The translations under genes were made by a program, and so were the position numbers. Below are positions 19,807-28,974 of a stretch of 64,000 nt of DNA, one piece after another. The notes under the pieces are model-generated. The model did not search any database, had not been told where the DNA came from, and was given only the letters and a program-made list of their open reading frames with translations. Positions within the stretch are counted from its first letter, which is position 1, and every line of letters starts with the position of its first letter. Origin of the DNA: Chthoniobacterales bacterium (GTDB lineage: Bacteria > Verrucomicrobiota > Verrucomicrobiia > Chthoniobacterales > UBA10450). Location: the NCBI GenBank assembly GCA_046262735.1, contig JBHEMD010000216.1:3459-67458 (forward strand), given 5' to 3'.

Positions 19807-21038
19807 CGTGGCTGCGCTTCGCCGGACTTTTCGCCACTAATCTGCCGGCGCCACCATCGGCCAAATAGGTTTGCCTCTAATTCTGCCTGCTCTTTTTCCT
19901 CCGGCTGCGCCGGTGCGGGTGCGGCTGGTTCTTCGGCCGCAAACGTTGCATTCTCCGGCGCTGGCTGTGGCTCTTCGTCGGCGGCAGAAATCTCCTCCGT
20001 TTTTGGAGCTATGACACTGACCGTTTCGGATGTTTCCTGAGCCGCCATTTCCGGCGTCAGCGGAACGAACGTGTCGGGTTCCTGCGCTTGCGCCGGTTCG
20101 GTCGCGAATTGCTGTGGAAACGGAACGAACGGCACCTGCCCGGGAAACAACTGTGGCGTTGCCGCCTCCTGAGCCGCGGGCGTTTGCAGTTGCGCCAGGT
20201 ACCGGCGCGCCACGGCTGAATAATCTTCCTCTTCGTGGCCGTGCTGCATTTGCTCCAGGAGCCGGTCGCGCGTGGCGGCGGTAATCGCCAGTTCAAGGTG
20301 ATGGGTGAGCCCGAGGCGGATGGCGATCTGAATATCCTTGAGCATGTGTTTGATGGAAAAGTGCGGCTCAAAATCGCGCGCGATCATCTTCGGCAATTTC
20401 ATCTCCAGACATTTCGAGTTGCTGGCGTTGCCGCGCATTGCTTCGACGAACTTCTCGAGCGGAAGGCCGACCGTTTGGATCAAAGCCAGCGCCTCGGCTG
20501 CGGCCTGCACGCTGGCAGCAGTGACAATGTTCGTGGCAACCTTAACGGCCGTGGCCTGACCAATCTCGCCGATCATGATAATTTCCTTGCTGCTCGCTTC
20601 CAGAATTGGGCGGCCCTCCTTTAACGCGACTTCGTCTCCTCCGATATAGTAGACAATCTCGCCTTTTTCGGCAGCGAGTTTGCTGCCTGTGAACGGCGCC
20701 TCGAGAAAGCGCCCGCCCCGACGCTCGACCAGTTCCGCGGCCTGGTGCATCGATTGCGGCGAAACCGTGGGATGCGCAAAGACGATATGACGCGGCGCCA
20801 ACGCCGGTGTCAGATGCTCGGTCACTTGGAGCAGCGCCTCATCGTCAGCCACGAAAATTTGCAGGTAATCGCACATCTCGGCGAGCTCGGCCGGCGAACC
20901 GACGAAGTTCGGCACCGGCCTGGGCGTTCGGTTCCACACAAAAACGTGAAATCCCTTTTTACGCAGGTTTTCCGCCACTCGGCTGCCGATAATGCCGAGG
21001 CCGATCACGCCAACGTTTTTTCGAATCTTCCGGGCCAT
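19803..21038 (-). CDS. NAD(P)-dependent 3-hydroxyisobutyrate/6-phosphogluconate-dehydrogenase-family oxidoreductase with a ~120-aa Pro/Ala/Glu/Gln-rich tail
   Basis: VGVIGLGIIGSRVAENL Rossmann motif and the HIBADH-type C-terminal helical domain. ATGA overlap with ygfZ. Confidence 0.8.
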   Translation of the reverse strand: MARKIRKNVGVIGLGIIGSRVAENLRKKGFHVFVWNRTPRPVPNFVGSPAELAEMCDYLQIFVADDEALLQVTEHLTPALAPRHIVFAHPTVSPQSMHQAAELVERRGGRFLEAPFTGSKLAAEKGEIVYYIGGDEVALKEGRPILEASSKEIIMIGEIGQATAVKVATNIVTAASVQAAAEALALIQTVGLPLEKFVEAMRGNASNSKCLEMKLPKMIARDFEPHFSIKHMLKDIQIAIRLGLTHHLELAITAATRDRLLEQMQHGHEEEDYSAVARRYLAQLQTPAAQEAATPQLFPGQVPFVPFPQQFATEPAQAQEPDTFVPLTPEMAAQETSETVSVIAPKTEEISAADEEPQPAPENATFAAEEPAAPAPAQPEEKEQAELEANLFGRWWRRQISGEKSGEAQPR

Positions 21039-21132
21039 ATTGCTGCCCTGGCTGGGACCAGTGGTTCCGTCAAACTGAAGGCAATCCAGCCCGACAGGCA
21101 ATGCCGAAGTTCATCCGGTTGATCGCGTCGAG

Positions 21133-22119
21133 CTAAAAGCGGACAAATTCTACCTGCTCAAGAAGCCGGGCAGGCAGATAGGAAACAGCAATCCGCCGTT
21201 TCTGGTTTTCGAGGCTGCACGCGATTTCCGGTTGCACTTCGTCGGTGCCCATTTGGCGCGCCGGTTTGAAATCGGTCACCTCGACAATGTGAAACCCAAG
21301 CTGCGTCCGAACCGGTGGACTGATTTGCCCGACCTGCAATTTGCGCACCGCGGCAAAGAAATCTGCCGGCATCCGCGACTCCGTGAAAAATCCCAGGTCC
21401 CCGCCGCGGGCTTTTGTTGCCTCGTCTTCGGATTCGAGCGCAACGAGCTCGAAAAAATCTTCACCCCCGGCGAGTCGCTTTGAGAGCGCTTCAATTTTGG
21501 CGCTCTTTTGCTCGACGATTTCACGTGGAGTTTCCGGCGGCGCCGCGAGAAACAAATGGCTGGCGCGAAACCGCTCGGGCTGAACAAACGCCTCCGGATG
21601 CATCGCGTAAAAGGCGCGGCATTCATCGGGCATTATCTGAAGTTCCGGCCCAATCTGCTGCCGAACCCACCGACCTGCGCGCAGATCGTCGGAAATTGTC
21701 CGGCGCAACGAACGCTCGGCGAACCCGCTTTTTCCCAGCGCCTTGCTCCACTCTTTTGCGTCCCCGAATTGGCGCCTGAGCAAGTCCACTTCGCGATCTA
21801 CTTCATCCGGCCCGATCTTTTCCTGCCTTCCCAAAGCTCGGGCCACACTGGTCGCAATCAGCCAGCGCAAAATCTGGGCCCCACTTTGTCCAACATGTCG
21901 ATCTTGCGGTTCACCCGCCGCCTCGGCTTTTTCAGCAATCATGCGGTCCACATCAACCTGGTAGATCCCCTGACCGTGTACGAGCGCCAGCAAACGGCCG
22001 CGGCCAAACAACCGCCCAATCGTGTCGCGACCGACCGGCAAGTGCAGTATCCACTGACCGGCGGCGATCCCGGCAATACAAATGACGACCACAGTCAAGA
22101 CCGCCAACCCCCCCTTCAT
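21133..22119 (-). CDS. parvulin-type peptidyl-prolyl isomerase (SurA/PpiD-like)
   Basis: ASHLFL...GGDLGFF...GFHIVEV rotamase domain with an N-terminal TM. ATGA overlap with the upstream gene fixes the start at 22119. Confidence 0.8.
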   Translation of the reverse strand: MKGGLAVLTVVVICIAGIAAGQWILHLPVGRDTIGRLFGRGRLLALVHGQGIYQVDVDRMIAEKAEAAGEPQDRHVGQSGAQILRWLIATSVARALGRQEKIGPDEVDREVDLLRRQFGDAKEWSKALGKSGFAERSLRRTISDDLRAGRWVRQQIGPELQIMPDECRAFYAMHPEAFVQPERFRASHLFLAAPPETPREIVEQKSAKIEALSKRLAGGEDFFELVALESEDEATKARGGDLGFFTESRMPADFFAAVRKLQVGQISPPVRTQLGFHIVEVTDFKPARQMGTDEVQPEIACSLENQKRRIAVSYLPARLLEQVEFVRF

Positions 22120-23027
22120 TTGAGTGCGAATTGCGACAGATAGTAAGCCGCCACCGACCCCACTACGTGGAGACTTTCGGCGCTTAACTTGTCCATCGTG
22201 TCGTCCGCCGTGTGCCACCAGGCGAAATCAAAATCGATGATGTCGATCGTTGGAATACCGATGCGATTGAGCGGTGTGTGATCGTCGGTGATCGAGCCGT
22301 CGTAATAGGCGAAGTAATTGCGCAGCTTGAGCGCCTCGGCTGCCGCAAAAAGATCGTGCGCCATCTGCGGCGGGGAATCGAGCGGCAGCGTGACGTTCAG
22401 GGAGCGGTCGCCCACCATGTCGAACAAGATCCCGCCGCGGAATTGCTTCGCACTGCCGGAGAGTTGTTTTGCGAAATATCGGCTGCCGTAAAGACCGTCC
22501 GTCTCGGAAAAGTTTTCGTAGGCTTCTTCACCATCAAAGAAAACAAGCGCGACGCGCGCGGCCAACGTCGGGTGACGAGCAAGCACTGCCGCCATTTCCA
22601 GGAGAACGCCGGTGCTTGAGCCGCCGTCGTTCGCGCCGACAAATTGGAGGTTCTCGAAAAATTTCGTGTCGTAATGGGAGCAAAGCAGAAACACCGGTAA
22701 CACGCGCGCTTGCGCCGGAAAACGCGCGACCAGATTCACAAAGGCGACTTCGCCGCGCGGCGTGTGCTGCGTGAATGGCTGCCGCTCAACCTGCCAGCCA
22801 GCGAGGCGCAGTTGATTGTCGATGTAAGCCCGGGATTTTTCGATCGCTTCAGACCCCGGCGGCCGGGGGCCGAACGCGACCAGATGCCGGACGTGAGCCA
22901 GCGCTCTTTCGCCGGAAAATTCCTCCGAAAGTTTTTGCTTTGAATCAGCTGCCGATCCGCCGCGCGAGCAGGACACGAGAAGCAAAACAAGGAGTAATGG
23001 AGTAACGAAGTCGTGAAGTAATCTCAC
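22116..23027 (-). CDS. M28-family peptidase (glutaminyl-cyclase-like) lipoprotein
   Basis: LVSC lipobox. SHYDT, GANDGGSSTG and FFDGEEA metal-ligand motifs. Confidence 0.8.
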   Translation of the reverse strand: MRLLHDFVTPLLLVLLLVSCSRGGSAADSKQKLSEEFSGERALAHVRHLVAFGPRPPGSEAIEKSRAYIDNQLRLAGWQVERQPFTQHTPRGEVAFVNLVARFPAQARVLPVFLLCSHYDTKFFENLQFVGANDGGSSTGVLLEMAAVLARHPTLAARVALVFFDGEEAYENFSETDGLYGSRYFAKQLSGSAKQFRGGILFDMVGDRSLNVTLPLDSPPQMAHDLFAAAEALKLRNYFAYYDGSITDDHTPLNRIGIPTIDIIDFDFAWWHTADDTMDKLSAESLHVVGSVAAYYLSQFALK

Positions 23028-23071
23028 CTGAAAACATCAGCCCATCACTCGATTACTCCGGTATTTCCGGA

Positions 23072-23965
23072 TCACTCCGCCGATGGAAGTCCCAGCATGG
23101 TCATGATCCGCTGGAGGTCGGCATCGCCGTAGTATTCGATCTCGATCCGGCCGCGTTTCTCCCCGTGATGCAGCGCCACATGCGTGCCGAGACGTTGTTG
23201 CAGGCGGTTCTGTAAATCCTGGATGCTTGCGGGGGTGGAGGTCGTGTCCGCCTGTCGGGATTTGCGCCGTGAGCGGCCGATCCCGAGTTGTCGCGCGACG
23301 AGCCGTTCGGTCGTGCGCACGCTGGCGTTGCGCCGCAGAATCATCTCGGCCACGAGCAACTGGTCCTCGGCGGCCTTCAACGCGAGCAGAACTTTGGCAT
23401 GCCCGACCGAGAGTAAACTTTGGCCGACCCAGGTTTGCACCTGCGGATGCAAATCGAGCAGCCGCATCGCGTTCGCTACCGCCGCGCGGCTACGACCGAC
23501 CTTTAATGCGATATCTTCCTGACGCAGCCCAAATTCCTCTGCGAGCCGCGCATAGCCCTGCGCTTCCTCGATCGGATTGAGATCGCTGCGCTGTAAATTT
23601 TCAATCAACGACAGTTCGAGCACTTCCAAGTCGTTCGCGCTGCGGATAATCGCCGGTACTTCCGTCAGTCCCACTTCCTGCGCCGCGCGCCAGCGCCGCT
23701 CGCCTGCGATCAGCTCGCACCGTCCACCGACCTGCCGCACAATCAGCGGCTGAATGATCCCGTGTTGCCGGATCGACTCGACCAATTCCTGCAACGGCTC
23801 GGGCGCGAAATTCTTCCGCGGCTGCAGCCCGCTCGGCACAATACTATCGAGACTGATCTGGTGAATTTTGTCTTTGGGCGCAACATCGCCATCTTCGTGC
23901 CGCGCCAGCGGCGGCCGCGCACTGATGAGCGCGCTCAGCCCCTTGCCCAAACCGGTCTTCGCCAT
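23072..23965 (-). CDS. parB: ParB/Spo0J partition protein
   Basis: GLGKGLSALI, IQPLIVR, GERRWRAA and HTH motifs. Start taken at MAKTGLGKGL. Confidence 0.9.
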   Translation of the reverse strand: MAKTGLGKGLSALISARPPLARHEDGDVAPKDKIHQISLDSIVPSGLQPRKNFAPEPLQELVESIRQHGIIQPLIVRQVGGRCELIAGERRWRAAQEVGLTEVPAIIRSANDLEVLELSLIENLQRSDLNPIEEAQGYARLAEEFGLRQEDIALKVGRSRAAVANAMRLLDLHPQVQTWVGQSLLSVGHAKVLLALKAAEDQLLVAEMILRRNASVRTTERLVARQLGIGRSRRKSRQADTTSTPASIQDLQNRLQQRLGTHVALHHGEKRGRIEIEYYGDADLQRIMTMLGLPSAE

Positions 23966-24024
23966 GTGGCTGAGGCTATCGGAACAGTGCGCATAAGGCA
24001 AACGACAAGCAGCGACCGCTCTGT

Positions 24025-24918
24025 TTGTTGCGCCGGTTTGCCGCGACAGATAGCATCACGAACGTGGCAACGCCTTCACAGGTCTTCACACTCGGCCATT
24101 CGCCGGACCCCGATGACGCGTTCATGTTTTATGCAATGGCGCAAAACAGGATCGATTTGCGCGGCTACCGCTTCGAACATTGGCTCGAAGATATTCAGAC
24201 GCTGAACGAGCGGGCATTGCGCGGCGAGCTGCACATTTCGGCGATCTCCATTCACGCTTACGCTTACGTCGCCGACAAATATGCCCTGCTGCCGTGCGGC
24301 GCGAGCATGGGCGATGGCTATGGCCCGATTGTCATCGGGAAAATCTTAACTCAGAAATCCGAAATCAGAAACACGCTGCGCGATTGCGTCATTGCGGTCC
24401 CCGGCAAAATGACGAGTGCCTATCTGGCGCTGCAGCTTTATCTCGGGGAGTTCGAACATGTCGTGGTGCCGTTCGACCGGATCTTGGAGGCGCTGAGCAA
24501 TGGCAAAGCCGATGCCGGTTTACTCATTCATGAAGGTCAACTCACCTACGCCAGTGCCGGTTTTCAAAAGATTGTCGATCTTGGCGAGTGGTGGAAAGGC
24601 CGGACCGGATTGCCATTGCCTCTCGGCGGCAATGTTCTGCGCAAAGACATCCCGGCGCGCCTGCAGCGTGATCTCGCGGAGATCATTCGCGAGAGCATCG
24701 AGTATGGTTTATCGCATCGCGCTGAAGCGGTGAAACACTCGATGGCCTACGCGCGCGATCTGAGCACTAGCCTGGCCGACAAGTTCATCGGCATGTACGT
24801 GAACGACTACACGCGCGACTATGGTGAGCGCGGACGCGCGGCTGTGCGCAAATTCCTCGGTGAAGCTCACCGAAGCGGATACATCGACGCGCCCGTGGGC
24901 GTCGAGTTTGTCGAGTAA
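24025..24918 (+). CDS. MqnA/MqnD-family protein (futalosine-route menaquinone biosynthesis)
   Basis: LGHSPDPDDAFMFYA...EDIQTLN...ISAISIHAY pattern of the periplasmic-binding-fold Mqn family. GTG at 24064 is an alternative start. Confidence 0.65.
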   Translation: MLRRFAATDSITNVATPSQVFTLGHSPDPDDAFMFYAMAQNRIDLRGYRFEHWLEDIQTLNERALRGELHISAISIHAYAYVADKYALLPCGASMGDGYGPIVIGKILTQKSEIRNTLRDCVIAVPGKMTSAYLALQLYLGEFEHVVVPFDRILEALSNGKADAGLLIHEGQLTYASAGFQKIVDLGEWWKGRTGLPLPLGGNVLRKDIPARLQRDLAEIIRESIEYGLSHRAEAVKHSMAYARDLSTSLADKFIGMYVNDYTRDYGERGRAAVRKFLGEAHRSGYIDAPVGVEFVE

Positions 24919-24979
24919 CGAAGCCTTTGCCTGCGAAAAATCCCACCGGAAAAGCGGCGGAACACCCTCCAAAAGCCTG

Positions 24980-25156
24980 CTATTTCTTGGGCTTTTGCGT
25001 TTTGTCCGCCTGTTTCATGACGAACGATTTCACGCGCTCGAATTCCTTCTGGAAGCCATTGGCAAAGTCGTGCGTTCCATACTCGAAAAGCACAACGAAG
25101 CTGAACGTGAAAAAAAGGAACAAAATGAACCAGAAAAGGCCGCGCAGAAGTGCCAT
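24980..25156 (-). CDS. possible 58-aa small membrane protein (not in the supplied ORF track)
   Basis: My translation is MALLRGLFWFILFLFFTFSFVVLFEYGTHDFANGFQKEFERVKSFVMKQADKTQKPKK*. It has one clean TM helix plus an amphipathic/basic tail and fills an otherwise empty gap. Confidence 0.35.
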   Translation of the reverse strand: MALLRGLFWFILFLFFTFSFVVLFEYGTHDFANGFQKEFERVKSFVMKQADKTQKPKK

Positions 25157-25256
25157 GGGTGGATGCTAACTTGGTGGTGCTATTGGGTCAACGCTGCATA
25201 TCGCGCGCCAACTTCGCGTTGAACCTGGGAGTTTGAACTGCCATGCTTCTGCGGCC

Positions 25257-26441
25257 ATGCGCGTGCCGTTGCTCGACCTGACAGAACAATATCGCGCGCT
25301 GGCCGAAGCTATTGGAGCCGAGCTGGACGAGATCTTTGCCACGCAGCGCTTCATTCTCGGCCCGAAACTAGAGCGGTTTGAGCAGGCGCTGAGTCGATAT
25401 CTCGGCAGCCCACACGCAATCGGCGTCTCCTCCGGCACAGATGCCCTTTTGGCAACGTTGATGGCAATGGAGATCGGGTCGGGCGATGCGGTCCTGACCA
25501 CTGCGTTCAGTTTTTTTGCGACGGCCGGATGCATCGCTCGCGTCGGCGCGCGGCCGGTCTTCATCGATATTGATGGGGCCACGTGCAATCTCTCGCCGGC
25601 TGCCCTTCGATCATACATCGACAATCACTGCCGCCAATCCGGCGGCAAACTGCTGGCGCCAACAGGTGAGACGATCCGCGCAATCGTGCCGGTGCATCTG
25701 TTTGGCCTGGCGTGCGAGATGGATAAGATAATGTCGATCGCGCGCGAGCATCGGCTGCTGGTGATTGAAGATGCCGCCCAGTCAATCGGTGCGGAATACC
25801 CGAGCTCGGCTGGAGTCGCGAAAACCGGAACAACGGGCGATGCCGGATGTTTTAGTTTTTATCCGTCCAAGAATCTTGGCGCCGCCGGCGATGCGGGAGC
25901 GGTGGTTTGCCGCTCGGATGGTTTGGCGAAACGGCTGCGGACCTGCCGCGACCATGGAATGGAGCCACGTTACCACCATGAGTTTATCGGCGGCAATTTC
26001 CGGTTGGACGAGATCCAGGCGGCGATCCTCAAGATCAAGCTCACATTTCTGGAGGATTGGGCGAAGGCCCGCCGCGCCGCCGCGGATTTTTATGGCGGTG
26101 AATTCGCGCGCAGCGATTTGATGGGTCGAGTTGCGTTACCAGCCGGACCGTATCGGGACCGCGGCCTAGCCAACCATCACGTCTACTACGTGTACGCTAT
26201 TCGCACATCACAGCGCGACGGATTACGCGAGCACCTTGCCCGACGCGAGATTGAAACAGCGATTTATTACCCACTGGGTTTGCACGAGCAAAAATGTTTT
26301 GCGTATCTCGGTTACAAAAACGGCGATCTGCCCGAAACGGAACGGGCGGCGCGCGAGATTCTTGCACTGCCGATCTATCCGGAAATTTCGCGCGACGCGC
26401 AAGCTTACGTCGTAAAGGCGATCGTTGATTTTTTTCGATAA
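25257..26441 (+). CDS. DegT/DnrJ/EryC1/StrS-family PLP aminotransferase (sugar aminotransferase)
   Basis: FILGPKLERFE, the active-site region SFYPSKNLGA and DEIQAAIL. Start taken at MRVPLLDL. Confidence 0.9.
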   Translation: MRVPLLDLTEQYRALAEAIGAELDEIFATQRFILGPKLERFEQALSRYLGSPHAIGVSSGTDALLATLMAMEIGSGDAVLTTAFSFFATAGCIARVGARPVFIDIDGATCNLSPAALRSYIDNHCRQSGGKLLAPTGETIRAIVPVHLFGLACEMDKIMSIAREHRLLVIEDAAQSIGAEYPSSAGVAKTGTTGDAGCFSFYPSKNLGAAGDAGAVVCRSDGLAKRLRTCRDHGMEPRYHHEFIGGNFRLDEIQAAILKIKLTFLEDWAKARRAAADFYGGEFARSDLMGRVALPAGPYRDRGLANHHVYYVYAIRTSQRDGLREHLARREIETAIYYPLGLHEQKCFAYLGYKNGDLPETERAAREILALPIYPEISRDAQAYVVKAIVDFFR

Positions 26442-26500
26442 GGATCGACAATTAGCGTCCACCTCCGCGGCAATCCCTGTGTCTGCACGCGCGCAAGCGA

Positions 26501-26584
26501 AGGGTAGGTACCGAAGTGGCCAAACGGGGCAGACTGTAAATCTGCTGGCTTTACGCCTTCGCTGGTTCGAATCCAGCCCTGCCC
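26501..26584 (+). tRNA. tRNA-Tyr (GTA), class II with long variable arm; CCA not encoded
   Basis: Acceptor GGGTAGG/CCTGCCC. Anticodon stem-loop GCAGA-CTGTAAA-TCTGC. T arm GCTGG-TTCGAAT-CCAGC. Near-identical layout to E. coli tRNA-Tyr. Confidence 0.9.
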
Positions 26585-26605
26585 ACTTCTTTTTGACCGC
26601 CGCTC

Positions 26606-27043
26606 TTAACGGCGACGGCGCCGTGTGCCGCGGGATTTGGCTCGGGAGGATGTCGATCGTCGGCGTGCTTTCGCTGCGCCGCGACGCCGAGCCGGACGTT
26701 TTCGCGCTGCCCGGGCGGTTGAGCGTTTCTTTGTCGCCTTGGGCCGCGCCGCTTTCTTTCCACGCGATTTGGCAGCGGCTCTTGTTCGACGACGTTTTGC
26801 GGGCCCTTTAGTCAGCCGTTTGAGCACGCGCTGCGCTGCGGGTGCAATTGGCTTACCGGCGGCTGCTCGTTTGCCGGCAATCGCACCAACCGCTCCTCCG
26901 ACGGCCGCGCCTACCGGTCCCGCCACGCTTCCGATCAGCGCACCGGCTGCGGCGCCTGCCACCGGTTTGGAAATCGGTGGAATGTCGATGTTTTCAGATG
27001 GTTGCTGGGTTCGGCCTGTCTGTTCTTGTGATTCGTCAGCCAT
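26606..27043 (-). CDS. hypothetical protein: glycine-zipper segment plus Lys/Arg/Ala-rich histone-H1-like tail
   Basis: AAGGAG Shine-Dalgarno motif upstream. GAAAGALIGSVAGPVGAAVGGAVGAIAG is followed by ~80 aa of K/R/A-rich sequence ending RRRRR. Confidence 0.6.
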   Translation of the reverse strand: MADESQEQTGRTQQPSENIDIPPISKPVAGAAAGALIGSVAGPVGAAVGGAVGAIAGKRAAAGKPIAPAAQRVLKRLTKGPAKRRRTRAAAKSRGKKAARPKATKKRSTARAARKRPARRRGAAKARRRSTSSRAKSRGTRRRRR

Positions 27044-27202
27044 AAAAATGCGGAGCTCCTTCTCGATTGGTGATTGATTCGTTAATCAATGTTCGAAGAA
27101 CAACGGGGCCGCAGCCGTGTGCTGCTTGAACTTCTGCCGAATAGAGACAAAAAGCGCCTGATATCTTCGTCGATTCAAGAGCTTTTTGGAAGAAGCTGCG
27201 CG

Positions 27203-27574
27203 TTAGCGGCCGCGTCTCTGCCCACCTTCACGGCGGCCACCACCGTAGCCGCCGCCGCCGCCGCCATAACCGCCGCCGCCGCCGCCGTAGCCACGCCCAC
27301 CACCGCCGCCGCCGGGCGGCCGAGCCTCGCGCGGGCGCGCTTCGTTGACAGTCAAGGGCCGGCCCTCGACGGTTTTGCCATTAAACTGCGTGATGGCGTT
27401 TTGCGCTTCCTGCTCCGAGCTCATCGTTACAAAGGCAAAGCCGCGCGATTTGCCGGTGAATTTGTCCTGCATCAGCATGACTTCCTGGACGGCGCCGGCC
27501 TGCGAGAAGAGCTCCTGCAGTTCGTTCTCGGTCGTGTTGAAGGAGAGATTTCCTACGTATAATTTGGTTCCCAT
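27203..27574 (-). CDS. RRM-type RNA-binding protein with Gly-rich tail
   Basis: RNP2 LYVGNL, RNP1 RGFAFVTM, C-terminal GGGGGYGGGGGG repeats. Confidence 0.9.
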   Translation of the reverse strand: MGTKLYVGNLSFNTTENELQELFSQAGAVQEVMLMQDKFTGKSRGFAFVTMSSEQEAQNAITQFNGKTVEGRPLTVNEARPREARPPGGGGGGRGYGGGGGGYGGGGGGYGGGRREGGQRRGR

Positions 27575-27750
27575 TGAGTTTACTGTGGAAAATGCGGCTA
27601 GGTTACTGTTCCCGCTTTTCGGGTTTCAAATCGCCACGGAGTAAACTCCAACTGACAATCCACCAACTACCGAGCTGCTGTTTTCGTCGGGGCTCATTTG
27701 TATGGTGAGTAAAGTGAGAAAGCAACAACAATCGCGGCGGAGCTAAGGTG

Positions 27751-28974
27751 ATGTTTACATCTAGCGTTTCCGGCGTGAAAAGTGCGCCAGCGCGTGTTGC
27801 CGTTGTCGGTGCCGGCATCGTAAGTCCTTTGGGCTTTGGGCTCCACGAGACGCTGACGGCGCTCCAACAGGCAAAGGATTGTGTCACCCCCGTAACGCGC
27901 TTTTCGGTCGAGCGTTGCCGTTGCAAAACTGCCGGTCAGTTAAGCGACGAGCGCCTTGAGGGCAGCCACATGGAGCGACGCGATCGTCGCCTGCACCGGG
28001 CTTCGCGCATGATGATCAGCGCGCTAGACGAAGCATTAAGGCAAGATCGACAGTTTGCCCCGCAGCTAACGGTTATCGGCACCACAAGCGGCGGGATGAC
28101 CTTCGGCGAAAACTACTATCGCGCCTTACACCGCAGTGGCGACCTACGCCACGCCGCGGCTTGGATTGCTAATTACCCGCCACAAAAACCGATCATTGAC
28201 GCGCAACAACGGTTTGGCATTGAAGCTCCCTGCCAGGTGATCGCGAACGCCTGTGCCTCCGGCACAAACGCAATCGGTCACGCTTTTGAGTGTATCCGGT
28301 CCGGACGTTACGAACGCGTGTTGACCGGCGGCTACGACGCGCTTTCCGAACTCGTCTTTGTTGGCTTTGATTCGTTGCAAGCGGCCACACCGGAAAAATG
28401 TCGTCCGTTCGATCGAAATCGCTCCGGCATGGTTCTGGGCGAAGGCGCGGCAGTCCTTGGACTGGAAAACTGGAAAACGGCGCGAGCACGTGGAGCCACC
28501 GTTCTCGGGGAGATCGTCGGGTATGGAATTTCGACTGACAATTTTCACATGACTCAACCCGATCCATCTGGCGCCGGGGCGCGGCTCGCCATGGAACGCG
28601 CGCTGGCGAGCGCAAACATTTCGTCAGATGCGATCGATTACGTCAACGCGCATGGCACAGCCACGCTGTTCAATGATGCGGCCGAGGGCAAAGCGATCGC
28701 GCAATTGTTTGGCCGCGTGCCGGTGAGCTCAACCAAAAGCATGATGGGACACTCGTTAGGCGCGGCCGGCGCGATTGAGGCGATTGTTTGTCTGCTGGCG
28801 TTGCAGCATCAGTTCCTGCCGCCAAACATCAATTTTCGTGCTGCGGATGAAGATGTCGATCTTGCCATCGTAGCGAATGAATCGCGGCCGGCGTCGTTGC
28901 AGACAGTGCTCTCGAACTCCTTCGGCTTCGGCGGCACCAATGCATCGGCAGTGTTCCAGCGCGCGACCACATGA
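27751..28974 (+). CDS. beta-ketoacyl synthase (FabF/KS-alpha type, catalytically complete)
   Basis: Cys-His-His triad present (NACASGT, FHMTQPDP, NAHGTAT). GFGGTNASAVF at the C-terminus. Confidence 0.9.
   Translation: MFTSSVSGVKSAPARVAVVGAGIVSPLGFGLHETLTALQQAKDCVTPVTRFSVERCRCKTAGQLSDERLEGSHMERRDRRLHRASRMMISALDEALRQDRQFAPQLTVIGTTSGGMTFGENYYRALHRSGDLRHAAAWIANYPPQKPIIDAQQRFGIEAPCQVIANACASGTNAIGHAFECIRSGRYERVLTGGYDALSELVFVGFDSLQAATPEKCRPFDRNRSGMVLGEGAAVLGLENWKTARARGATVLGEIVGYGISTDNFHMTQPDPSGAGARLAMERALASANISSDAIDYVNAHGTATLFNDAAEGKAIAQLFGRVPVSSTKSMMGHSLGAAGAIEAIVCLLALQHQFLPPNINFRAADEDVDLAIVANESRPASLQTVLSNSFGFGGTNASAVFQRATT

Noticed and set aside
23027-24064. parS site near parB
   Set aside because: I found no match to the TGTTNCACGTGAAACA consensus by eye in or around the gene.
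26441-27203. tRNA-Tyr as an integration site for a mobile element
   Set aside because: I found no integrase, no direct repeat of the tRNA 3' end and no phage or transposon genes on either side.
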